From NCBI GenBank assembly GCA_951804945.1, contig OX638151.1, forward strand, positions 69,626,001 to 69,690,000: 64,000 bases of DNA. The letters run 5' to 3'. Numbering within the stretch: position 1 is the first letter of the stretch; every line of letters begins with the position of its first letter. The notes under the pieces are model-generated. The model had not been told where the DNA came from, ran no database searches, and was given only the letters and a program-made list of their open reading frames with translations. This DNA is from Podarcis cretensis. Its lineage: Eukaryota. Shown piece by piece: positions 1-10,830 of this stretch. A program made the position numbers and the translations under genes.

Positions 1-130
1 CCAGGCCTTAAACCATCTATGCCCTTTTAAAAACTGTTGGGGGTGTTATTATTTGTTACTATGTTATTCATGTTTGTGTTTTTCTATCATAAACTGCCCT
101 GTATATAATTTTTTTAAAAAATAATAATTA
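1..130 (+). mobile_element. L2 LINE 3' end fragment (degenerate)
   Basis: CAGGCCTT followed by a T-rich tract, TAAACTGCCCTG and an AAT-repeat tail, the layout typical of squamate L2 3' ends (recalled pattern). Confidence 0.35.
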
Positions 131-1910
131 AACTTGTATGTCCTTGGGTTAATTCCCAATTACCTTATTTTAAAAGGCATTCAAAATGTGCTGTTCATAA
201 TGCAGTTAGTGCTAACCTAACAAGATGGTTGGTTTAATTTGTCAGAAATAGTACATGGCATGCAACTGCAAACAAAGGGTACAGGACAAGGCAGTGTTCA
301 ACCCTTAGTTGGCCAAGTATGCATGTCACAGTAAACCATAGTTAAAATAAATGATGGTTCAGTGTGATAGAGCTGCATGCTACTCCTGTGCTGAGGAAAC
401 AAACCTCAGGTTGCCTTGTCTGCATCAGGCTTGTGGCTTGTTTATTTCCAAACTATAAGCAGTAAACTAAGAACAAACATTGGCTTCCATTTGTTCTTTA
501 TTTGGAGACAAATGAACGATGAGACCAGTGTCATAGCTGCTTTTCTTGCTGTGTGGCGGCGGTAGGACCAGGTTGAAGCAAATTGGGAAGTTTGGAGCAG
601 CATGAAATAACACACTGCTCATTTATATTAAACAGTAATTTATTTTAACTAGGGCTACTGATAAATTGTAGCTTATTTTATACTTCAAATTATGTATACT
701 GATACAGCTAAGAAATATGTAAAGTTTGAAATCCTCATTTTGCTTTATTAATTCCGTTAGTAAATATGTCATTAGACACCATTATATAGAAACGGATGTG
801 TCTATTTTTCACTTTTGTCATAATGCAGTATCTGTGTATTACAATGGAAACAGAACAAATTTCTAAATGGGATGAAAAAATAAAACAAGTTGCCTCTTGG
901 GAAAGCCTCAAATGTTAATATCCATCATTTTTTCCCTGGCTAATACTTTGCTTTTGTGCAATGTGCAGGAAGAAGCACTTCATGGATTTCAAGTGAGTGA
1001 TTATTTCAAATACATGGAAAACTTGGCTCTAACCTACAGACCAGTGCTGCTAAGAGACATGAAGAACATTAGAGTGCAGAACACATAGATCAAGCAAATG
1101 AGCCTCTCATTTCAAATTTTAGTTACGTTCTTAAAAGGACACTGATTATTTGTTTTATATACTTCTCTATAAAAATGCATTCATTCTAAATGTACATACT
1201 GCCAAATCAATAATAAGGCTTTTCAGCATTCCGCTTTCACAAGACATCCTCTAAATTGGTTCATCTGAAAAATAATGTGTTTTTCTAGCCATGCACCATA
1301 GCCTTGTTTACACTTGGCTTCAGAACCTGCCCTTGAATTACTTAAATGTGCTGCTTATATTTTCTTGGAGCGATTTCCATACTATTAAACTTTGCTTCTC
1401 TTCAACATCTACCTTAAATTTCTAAATTGCATACAAGTTTGCCAATAAAACACAGTAATATGAATCCCCATTCTGAAAACCCAGCCTTACTTAATATTGA
1501 TAAATAAAGGCAGAGCTACTTCCTTGAATGTAGCAAGATTGACCTTCGAAGGTCAGGAAACAGAACATCCTTGAAGATTCTCCATTCTGAGTATCTCAGT
1601 CTGCAGTAGAATTGTAGTTGTTTTTTTTAACAATGTACACTAAAACCTTGATGTTTTGATGAGCTGAACAAATTAAACTTCCTGTTATGATAATATGCAG
1701 TATTTATTGTGTTTTTGTGACTTCTCTGTTATGCCAAAATTGAAAGCGAGGAGGTCAGTTTTGAGGTTATGTGTATGAGCATTGCTAATAATATTTCCAG
1801 TTGATCTGGAGTTAAGCTGTCTGCAGGCTTCTCTAAGGTATTACATGTTTATAGGCATCTTATATGGTGCACACAAATTAGGTATATGTATTAATTAACA
1901 AGTTAAACAT

Positions 1911-2055
1911 CATCAGCTGTGAGAGAGCAGAGCTGACCCTCTGCTTGCATGTGCGAGCCAGAGGAACATTGCATCTCCGACGCAGATGATGTGGACCAGA
2001 AGTGGAGTAATGTGCGCATGAGCAGAGGAACTATTTGTTTCTCCCACAGCTAATG
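1911..2055. repeat. Old palindromic MITE-like element
   Basis: Left arm CATCAGCTGTGAGAGAGCA is an imperfect inverted repeat of right arm TGTTTCTCCCACAGCTAATG; an inner pair CCTCTGCTTGCATGTGC / GTGCGCATGAGCAGAGG is also present. Confidence 0.45.
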
Positions 2056-2094
2056 AATAGGGAGGCTCTTACCCATGCATCAGCTAACCTGATA

Positions 2095-2179
2095 CAGGCA
2101 ACGCCCCATTTTAGGTGATTTTGCATATGCGTGTGGGGGGGTTCGGAACATAACCCCCACATAAATGGGGAGTCATTTG
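2095..2179. mobile_element. Short Tc1/mariner-pogo type MITE (degenerate)
   Basis: TA on both sides; degenerate TIRs CAGGCAACGCCCCATTT / AAATGGGGAGTCATTTG. Confidence 0.4.
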
Positions 2180-2501
2180 TATATTTGTTTATTAGTAAGG
2201 TCTATACTGTGGCCCTCCAAGTTATTAGGGCAGTTTATGTGCTTGTCATCAGCGTATCTTTATGCTTTATGGTGCAACTTCATAAAAAGGCAACAAATAA
2301 GGTCTTGGGATAAATTATTGTACTATAGCCTTAGGTATAGTTTGGTGTTTATATTAGGGGTGTACACCAAGCACAAGATTGGGTTCAAAGCCAATTCATC
2401 GCATCCTTATTCCATCCAAAGCAACTGCCTGATTTGGTTTGAGTTGGAATCCCAATTCTACAGTTTGTTGTTCATATATTTTGCAACAACTAATGCAAAT
2501 A

Positions 2502-2537
2502 TATCTGAAGAAGTGTGCATGCACACGAAAGCTCATA
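2502..2537 (+). ncRNA. Minimal type I hammerhead ribozyme motif (Penelope-type, helix I truncated)
   Basis: Core CUGAAGA (2505-2511) plus an extra A, helix II GUGUG-CAUG-CACAC (2513-2526), GAAA (2527-2530), minimal helix III GC, cleavage triplet CUC (cut after 2534), helix I UAU/AUA (2502-2504 with 2535-2537). Confidence 0.7.
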
Positions 2538-2595
2538 CCAAGAACTAACTTAGTTGGTCTTTAAGGTGCTACTGGAAGGAATTTTTTTTGTTTTG
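2504..2595 (+). mobile_element. Penelope-like retroelement terminal-repeat fragment (92 bp) with 15-bp target-site duplication
   Basis: ACTAATGCAAATATA occurs exactly at 2489-2503 and 2596-2610. The insert CTGAAGAAGTGTGCATGCACACGAAAGCTCATACC...TAAGGTGCTACTGG resembles recalled lizard Penelope termini. Confidence 0.75.
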
Positions 2596-3573
2596 ACTAA
2601 TGCAAATATAAGTTTAACAAAATCTCTAAAGGCACTCCCCAAGATACATACATGATAGGAAAGCTACAAGTATTATATTGCCAAATGCAGTCTGATGGGT
2701 GCTGGAGTTGGAAATCCTCATCTGCTCCATTTTCACTTATTTATTCCAAGTTAAAAATGGTGTGCCCAAGAACAGCTTCACTTTTTTTCAAAAAAATACT
2801 GCCACAAGGCCGAAGTAAATTATGCAATGGCACAGTCCTAGTGAGAGATGCAAGATGACTTCATTGGGTACAGGAGAAAGACAGAAAATGAGAGGCAGAA
2901 GCCTCATCCATTTCCAATTGTCACATTCCACCATGTTTTATTCATGCCGTGCTCCTTTTTGAACAGAGAAGGACACACAGAGGGCTAAAGCCAATGGTGC
3001 TCTTTTTCATGTTTTAGCGGGCAACTTGTTGTCCCTTTGAGCTGCAAAGATAGGCTTTGTAACAACACTCTGTGGGTAGTGCCAGCTGAAATTGCAGGTG
3101 CCAGGGTGGGCCTTACTAAACCTTATTGGGGTTCAGTACTTGGGTGGGGGGGTGGTTGGGGCTATAGGGTCCAGCACAGTCTGATAAGCAAAATGAATAA
3201 TGCAAAGCATGCAAATATTTTATCTTGTACTTACTTGTGGGTCTTACATAGTAAGGGTACTTACTATGGGTCTCAAAAGCCAGATGTTTTTGGAACATAT
3301 TCTGGCAAATTTGGATTTTATCCATTGCTGAGTACACACAGTCAAGCTTGTAAGGTTACAGGAGGAAATTGCACAGTTTTATCCAGTATGCATTTCAAAA
3401 ATTTCAAGATGAAAATGAGAGCCTACCTTTTATAAAACGCAGCTGAGGAATGCTGTCTTTGGATGTTTAAGCTGATCAGATAATGCAGCACAGATTGTTC
3501 AGTATAAGCTAATGTCAACCCCCTCCAAAGAAATAAATAAAGTATAACATGTTGCTAAATATAAATACAAATA

Positions 3574-3788
3574 CAGTCATACCTCGGGTTACAGACGCTT
3601 CAAGTTGTGTGTTTTCGGGTTGCACACCACGTCGAACCCGGAAGTACCGGAACGGGTTACTTCCAGGTTTCGGCGCTCACACTTTACGCATGCGCAGAAG
3701 CGCCGAATCACGACGTGCGCAGACGCAGCGCTGCGGGTTGTGAACGTGCCTCCCTCACGGATCACGTTCGCAACCCGAGCGTCCATTG
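3574..3788. mobile_element. pogo/Tigger-like MITE
   Basis: TA at 3572-3573 and 3789-3790; imperfect TIRs CAGTCATACCTCGGGTT / AACCCGAGCGTCCATTG; CpG-rich interior. Confidence 0.8.
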
Positions 3789-4164
3789 TAGTGGCTTTTT
3801 AAAAGCATAATTTATAATAGCAATGTCTGGGAATAGAAGAAGATACTGTGGCCTTTCCGAGTCCATCTAGCTATGTATCTGAAAAGAACCTTTTCTCTCT
3901 CCCCCAATCTCTGTTTCTAATGTATAAATATTCATGCTGACAGCTTCTATTCTGATATGAATAGCCTGTTCCAAGTACAGTGTCTGTAAAATAACGGGAA
4001 GAGAACTAGAGGGCACAAATTGCAAGCATTGTAATTTCCACTAAAGCAAGCACTCTTACTTTTTTGAGCTAAATCGTAAATTGCGGTGCAAGAACATAAG
4101 GATTGTTTATATGTGTAGCAAATAGCAGTGTCTGCTGAAATGAAAAATGATATCAAAGACTTTA

Positions 4165-4168
<4 letters not shown>

Positions 4169-4232
<64 letters not shown>
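4169..4232. repeat. Compound microsatellite (TG)15(TA)17
   Basis: Read directly from the sequence. Confidence 0.95.
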
Positions 4233-4239
<7 letters not shown>

Positions 4240-4611
4240 TTATTTCAACACAGAGAAAATCTTTGCCATCATTTCTCATTTTGGCAGTCATTGCTACTTG
4301 GATTGAAGGACTGAACAGGCAGATGATATCAGACACCCACCTTCGACGTCCTATATATTTCAGCTGTGTGCTCCTGTAGTTTCTGATGCAGTAGCACCAT
4401 GGGGAGTAATAACTGCAATCTAACTTCATGCTGCAGCAAACACTTGAGCCAAGGAAAACCTTTTTAAAGAAAGCAATGTCACAAATGGATATTTTGGTCC
4501 AGAATGAAAAGCATTTGTAGCAGTAGCACTTACAAGTATTTAGCACCCAAAACCAAATGGGCTCTGACAGTTGCATTTGTATTAAGCTCCATCGCCACAC
4601 TGTTTTCATTC

Positions 4612-4720
4612 AGGTCCTGCTTGTCGGTTTCCCACAGTCATCTGGCAGGTCAGTATAACAACCAGAGGGGGACTAGATGAGCCTTTGGCCTGATGCAACT
4701 GGCCTCTCCTTATGTTCTTA
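4612..4720 (+). mobile_element. CR1 LINE 3' UTR fragment
   Basis: GGACTAGATGAGCCTTTGGCCTGATGCAAC...CTTATGTTCTTA, the CR1 3' hairpin and octamer tail pattern. Confidence 0.65.
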
Positions 4721-5584
4721 TTTGTTCAGTCTGCAATCCGGATTAGTTTTGTTCTTTTCATAATTGCAGGCTTGGTTTCACCTTCCATGTTTCTTCCTTT
4801 TACTGTGTTACATCCTACATATAGAACTGCAGAGTAGCGCCAGTTGCTTTCAAATGCTGGTACTCCCCTTAGGTCTTTCAGGCAAGTGGGTTATAGTGCA
4901 ATCCTATCCAGGTTTACTTGGAGTACCAGGGACTGTGTACTTGTGTGTCCTGCGGTTTTAAAAGCCGTTTAATATCGATGCAAGGTAATTTTTACATTTA
5001 GGCCTCAACCTTGCAGTTTGTCATTAAATATGGAGCTAAGGAGCCAGGGAATTTCTGACTGAAATTTCACTGGTTCTAGAAATCGTTTGAGTGGCTCTAA
5101 CATAAGCTCTTGGCTTATGCATCTGTTCGTTGCTGGTTCATGGGTTTGTGTAATATCTGGGTCAAATCATATCCATATCACAGGGTGATGCTTATGAGAT
5201 ATCTTGACTAGTGCCTCTTTAATAGCTAATGTGTAGCTGGAAGCGATGCTCAAGAGACTTTGTCTTCCTTAATAGCGCTTCTGTTTAGTGTCTGTCCTTT
5301 TCTGCCAGAGCATGATCTGCATAGTGAACCTGGTAGGGGAGCCCACAGTAAGAGAAAGGGGGGGGAGCACCTTGGCCCCAAAGTAGCAAGTGAGATAAGC
5401 AGCTGTATGAGCAGAGTGTAAGCACCACCCATTTATTTTTTAAATTTTATTTTATTAAAGCCTCTGCTAAAACTGTAAGGCACGGCAAAGGTATTGTGTG
5501 GCATGAACTGAATCCTTGTGAATTAAAGACTAGAAAAATTTACATGCTGAATCCTTTTTGGGGGGTTGGGGGAGACTGTTGAAC

Positions 5585-5737
5585 AGGGATACCCAACACA
5601 GTGGCCTTCAAATGCTGTTAGACTCCAGCTCTTATCAGCCCTAACCAGCCTAGCCATTGGAGAGGCATGATGGGAGTCCAACAACATCTGATGCCGATGT
5701 CCAACAGCATATATGCTGCAGAAGATTGGTTTTCAGC
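5585..5737. mobile_element. Palindromic hAT-type MITE (family of 34340-34475), degenerate
   Basis: Shares GGCCTTCAAATG...CTCCAGCTC...ATGATGGGAGT...CAACATCTG motifs with the cleaner copy at 34340. Confidence 0.55.
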
Positions 5738-6296
5738 TCTACTCTAGTGATACAGCCTTGAGGAGCTGCAAAAAACTACATCCAGGCTTTTTAAGCTGAC
5801 ATCTTTCCTAGTCTGCATCTGAATTGGAATTGTAAGATGCTGTCTTTTTATTTTTTAAAAGCACTTGTTTGCTGCTCTGGGCTCCTTTGCAAGGAAGAGC
5901 AGGGTGTAAATTTAAATTGGGAGTACTCTAAGCAGTTCTCGTTGAAAGGAAGGAGGCCCAAAGTCTGGCTTCTTGCCCCAGCTGAAACGTTTACACAAGA
6001 CATGCAGTAATGAGGGGCGAAAGCAGGAGGGACAAGTTTGCAGGGAAGTAGGACCTCCTCTTGCATTATTTGGCAGGCCAGGGACATGTATTACAAGTGC
6101 TAAGGGGGAAAAATTGGTTAGATTTATTACCAAGACACCTGGATAACTAAGCAATCCATGATTGTCATTGCCAAGTATGTATTTCATGTGCTTCTGAATT
6201 TTCTCTTTTAACATGGAGTAAACTTTCACACTATTGCTGTGTTAAAAAAGTTTGTATCATATATTTTGAATGATGTTGCGATGTCATGGATTTATG

Positions 6297-6314
6297 AATA
6301 AAAGCAATAATAAA
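6297..6314 (+). terminator. Tandem canonical polyadenylation signals, candidate 3' end of an unidentified + strand gene
   Basis: AATAAA at 6297-6302 and 6309-6314, upstream TGTA, AU-rich repeat-free upstream block, GT-rich tract downstream (about 6350-6372). Confidence 0.4.
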
Positions 6315-6837
6315 CTGTTAATCATGTCTCTTCCTTGCCGAGATGAAGAGATGTTTGGGCCATTTGTGTTCGTAGAAACTTCTGACTTTGGTGTAACTGC
6401 ATTATAGCCTATTGTCCAAAGGTGAAGTCACACCCTTTGCCTTACCAATTTTACATCTGGCAGCACCCTCCAGCAGCACAACTCTGCACAAAACCAAACC
6501 TCACTCACACAGCCTTGAATTGTCAATAATACTCGGTTCGTGGCTACAAATAATTCAGTTTGTGGCTGAATTTGTCTGGAGCTGCCAGAGAGCCATGGAA
6601 GCCTGCTTATGATTTCTAAATTGCTGGACTTTGACTAAGCCTAAAGCCTTTGGGAAGTTAGTTATAATGATGATAGGATGGTTTATTTCAAAGTCTCTTA
6701 AATCTAAAAAGACTGGTCAGTTGCACTACCTCCTCCAAACCTCATTAGAAAACAGATCAAGGGCCAGATTTTCCCTGTTCCCATTTTGTACCCCATTATG
6801 GATGCACAACTACTAAATAGGGTGGGCATGTCCACAA

Positions 6838-7260
6838 TTTTATTTTAATTTAGAATACTGATTTAGCACCCTTCCTCAGAATCAGTTCCAGGGTAGGTTT
6901 ACAATAATTAAAACTACAACCCGATTGTTGTGTGTTCTGTTTTGTAGCTAAGAAAAGTAGATTATAATTGTTTACCAAAAAAAAAATCCACCCAGCTAAA
7001 AATAAAGCATTAACAAGCAGCAGATTCAAGAATGGAAATAAAAACTGAGTTGTAAAATGCTTGAGGAAATACAGAAGTGTTTAGCCTGGCATTTAAAGGC
7101 TACTGATGTTGGTTCCAGCCGAGCCTCTTTGGCGAGGGCATTCAATAATTGTGGCACCACAGACCTCTGTCTAATTGACATTGGTCCCCTCACAGATGGA
7201 AGAGCACTTGCAGAAGGCTATTGGCAGATGTTAGTGTTGATCTGGGAGTAGGCGCTCCGT
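6838..7260 (-). mobile_element. L2 LINE 3' fragment (old)
   Basis: TTTATT-type tail, CACCCTTCCTC...AGGGTAGGTTTACAA, then AAGTGTTTAGCCTGGC...AGGGCATTCAATAATTGTGGCACCAC, the reverse complement of the typical L2 ORF2 end and 3' UTR. Confidence 0.55.
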
Positions 7261-7552
7261 CAATTTGGCATGCTGGGGCTCTTTAACATGCTTGGAAATG
7301 GCAACTAGGAATGTACCACAGCCCACCTCTGAGCATTTTAAAGTGATGTGACCGGGGTTTTATTTGTACATAAGAAGATTCTGTATTTTGTAGGCCAATA
7401 TCCATACCCAACTGCACAAATATAAAAGTGAGAAATGGCTATGATCTGTAGGACATACCTATGTAGATAGTTCTGGGGGAGGGGGGAGGCTGCACATTGT
7501 GCTCATACAACATACCTGGTTGCTCTGGTTCCATGCACATTCATGCTGTACT

Positions 7553-7725
7553 CAGTGGCGTAGCGTGGGTTGTCAGCACCCGGGGCAAGGCAAGTAATTT
7601 GTGCCCCCTAATCCATGGATTTGCGCCCCCTAACCCGTGGATTTGCGCCCCCTAACCCTAACCCCCAGATGTTGCGCCTGGTGCAGCCGGCCCCCCCTGC
7701 ACCCCCCACGCTACGTACGCCACAG
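7553..7725. mobile_element. hAT-type MITE with 8-bp TSD
   Basis: TSD GCTGTACT at 7545-7552 and 7726-7733; TIRs CAGTGGCGTAGCGTGG / CCACGCTACG(TACG)CCACAG; three internal ~22-bp tandem units. Confidence 0.85.
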
Positions 7726-7783
7726 GCTGTACTGATTCTCCCTCCATTAATCCCATCCATGCTGTTGGTGGAACAAGTTAAAA

Positions 7784-7916
7784 TAAGGTTACCAGATTTT
7801 TTTCAATGAATCCGGGGACACCTTTCAACTTCCTACTAAATAGATGGGTTTTGTCAGGGGACCGATTTGTAAATCCGGGGACTGTCCCTGGGAAACGGGG
7901 ACGTCTGGTAATCTTA
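7784..7916. mobile_element. hAT-type MITE
   Basis: TIRs TAAGGTTACCAGA / TCTGGTAATCTTA; TSD AGTTAAAA (7776-7783) vs AGTTACAA (7917-7924); repeated subterminal GGGGAC motifs. Confidence 0.85.
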
Positions 7917-9271
7917 AGTTACAAAGGTGGCATCGCCTGAGTGGTGCATAGGCCAGTGTTCAGGAACCTGTTGCCCTCCAGATAATTGTGGGACCACAGA
8001 TCTCATCATCCCTGGGTGGAGATCACGCTGATGGGAGTCAACAGCCCCTGGGGAAAAAAGAATAAATGGAAAGAACAACTTCATTTCCAAAGCTGCATAC
8101 AAATGGCTTTTGGGAAAGTCGAGCAACAATAATTATTTGACTAAGTACTGAGTTAAGATAGCAGTATTTGTTGATTAAGTTCCTCTACATCATCAGTATG
8201 TTTGGTCTTTTCACCATAGAAAGGCTGTTGGAAGCGTTCCTATTTGAAACATGAGAAGCATACACTACAAGAATCCTGTTTTGGGGAAGCAATTAGATAG
8301 TTGGGTTGCACCGTAATTAATTCTCATTGCCGTTTGATTAAAATGCCACTGCTGTGCACACAGAAAATGACACCTCCAAGTTGCTCTTTTGCACTGTGAT
8401 GATGAAGACTCTGGCTATCCTTCCTTTTGTGTATACCTGGCCTGACTGCTGCAGAAAATAACCACTCTGAGAGTGCTGCACATGATATGCACCCATGGCA
8501 GACAATTAGAGTCCATTATTTTCATAAAGCGTCACACTAATTGAGTCTCTGCATTAGGGCAGATTAGGCATCCTGAAATATCACACAGCAGCTTAGCAAG
8601 GCAATCATCTATTCATTGCTTGTGGCTTGAAAAGGGCAACTCGAAAGCTCATATAATTTTTCTCAAACATTTCAACTGCACTTTGGCATCTTGACAGGAA
8701 AGCACCCTGCCAACCCCTGTACTTAGATATTTTGTTTATCATTTGCCCCTCTTCTCATTTGCCTGTTCTCCAGCTTCTTTTTGACCAATTCAAGGAGTAA
8801 CGATGGTTTACCATGGAAAACTTCTGCTTTTTCTCCAGCTTTATCTCTGAAGGAGCTGGTGCCCAAATAACAGCCTGGTCTCTTGAATTCAAGATCAGAA
8901 TCAAGTGGAAATAGTTGCTCCTGGGTGAAGCTCAATGAAGACTGTTGGATTCTACCTTCCCAGAAGGAAACATTTAGCTGATTTCCACCCAGACACTGCT
9001 TTCGACTGCAGTATTTAGGATACGTCTGGGAAATTCCAGATGTATGGCAACCCTTGGGCTTCTCACAGCTATGTGGATCCCAACCTCAAGTCTTTGGAGC
9101 AGTTCATTTAGGATTTTATAATTCATTTGATTGCACTGGTACCTACAGATATGTCACTTTCTATAAGGAAGGAACTGAATAATCAAAAGCGCTTTTTCCA
9201 AAAGAGTCTTCAGTCCCATCCTATTAAGAGGGAATCAAGTAAGTCTAGAAGTTGAATTTCAATCTCTACAG

Positions 9272-9405
9272 CAGGGGTAACTAACCTGTGGCCTTCCAGA
9301 TGTTGTTAGACACCAACCCACATAATCCTGAATCATTGACCAAATTGGCTGGGGCTGATGAGAGTTGGTGTCCATCTGGAGAGCCAGGCAGATTTGCCAA
9401 CTCTA
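9272..9405. mobile_element. Palindromic hAT-type MITE (family of 34340-34475)
   Basis: CAGGGGTAACTAACCTGTGGCCTTCCAGATGTTG...CATCTGGAGAGCC; TSD CTCTACAG (9264-9271) vs CTGTACAG (9406-9413). Confidence 0.65.
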
Positions 9406-10225
9406 CTGTACAGAGTCACATTCGTATACATCACCCCATCTCTTCAGACACAACATCGGACTTTCACTTTTGATTGTCCCAAACCGACAGAACAGAAATA
9501 TCTCTTGCTAGAATACACAGCAAAGCAGGACTCGGAACAGAGTTGACTTTTTGGCAGGGCATGTGTTTTTCAGTAAATTATGTACCAAGACCGCAAGTGA
9601 GTGGAAAGAGAGGCCATCTGTCTAGATGACTTTGGATTCATTCATTCACTCTTAGGAAATTCATTCTGCATAACGCTGAGCAGCGAGTTTGAAACCATGG
9701 TCCCCAGGTACATAAGGCTTTTGAAGACCACACTGGAAAGGAAATGTAATGAATGTTGCAGCCAAATCACTTGGAGCCAGAAGTGCAGCGTCTGCCTGGG
9801 TAAAATTAATTCTTTATTCATTATCTTAGCTTTCAGTGCACACTAGATTTAAATTTAAAAGGGGGGGGGGGACAACCCTGCACTGTGGAGTGCATACCCA
9901 CCCATTCTGGACTTAGTCCTAATAATCTACTGGCTGAAGTTTATATCACATGGATTTAGATCAATAATAAGAGTTCTTAACACAAGGCTTCACATGCATT
10001 TTACATCAGGAGTACTGTATTCCAAAGATAAGAAAATTCAGACGAGCCATTAACATGAGATTTCTCTCATTAAGAAATCTTATCATCATGCTTTTTAAGA
10101 AAATCAGCCAGCAAGAGGGAAGAGGGCAGTCTTTATATATGATGTATGGGGGGAGGAGGGGGGAGAGTACTATCTGTCACCAAGCAGCACGACTGGAAAG
10201 CTAGAACTTCAAGCCTATATTGATG

Positions 10226-10345
10226 GACTGGGGAGTCTTTGGTTCTCCAGATGTTGTGGACTCCAACTCCCGGCAGCCCCAGTCAGCCAATTAGGGACGG
10301 TGGAAAATGCAGTCCAGTAGCATCTGGAGGGCCAAGATTCCCCAG
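10226..10345. mobile_element. Palindromic hAT-type MITE (family of 34340-34475)
   Basis: CTGGGGAGTCTTTGGTTCTCCAGATG / CATCTGGAGGGCCAAGATTCCCCAG inverted arms. Confidence 0.6.
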
Positions 10346-10409
10346 ACCAAACCAAAGGAGCCCAGAAACACCAAGCCAGGCTAGGATGTTTTGCTACCTG
10401 AAGGGAATA

Positions 10410-10830
10410 TTTGTTTATTTTACAGCTTTTCAGACTGCTTCACAGCCGGAAGCTATAGAAGCAGTGTACAATAAGAAATAAGAAATTAAACACACAATAT
10501 AGAGACTCTCAATGTAATAAAACCATTTCCACAATTGTTAAAAAAAAAGAATATTCCATAAAATGAATGTGGCATCTTTCAGGGAAAGCCTTCTTAAACA
10601 AACATATATCTGGTAGCTGAACAAACACCTAGATGCCAGCTGGTCTGTCTAATTTCAGTCAGCAACTCATTCCAGTGGAGTGGAGATGCAACATTAAAAA
10701 CCCGGCTTCTAGTTCAAACTAAGCATGTCACTGGCATATGTGGTACTCTCAGCAGTGCCTCATCTGAAGAGTGCAGTTGTCAGGCTGGGTTATATGGGGA
10801 GAGGAAATGCCTCAAGTAACTTGGTTCTTT
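10410..10830 (-). mobile_element. L2 LINE 3' fragment (old)
   Basis: TTTATT tail, GCAGTGTACAAT, then GAAAGCC...CATTCCAG...GATGCAACATTAAAAACCC...CAGTGCCTC...GCCTCAAGTAACTTGG, as in reverse-complement L2 ends. Confidence 0.5.

Noticed and set aside
3947-4609. Longest ORF (220 aa, minus strand)
   Set aside because: It is held open by the (TG)/(TA) microsatellite (IYIY/HTHT runs) and has no recognisable domain.
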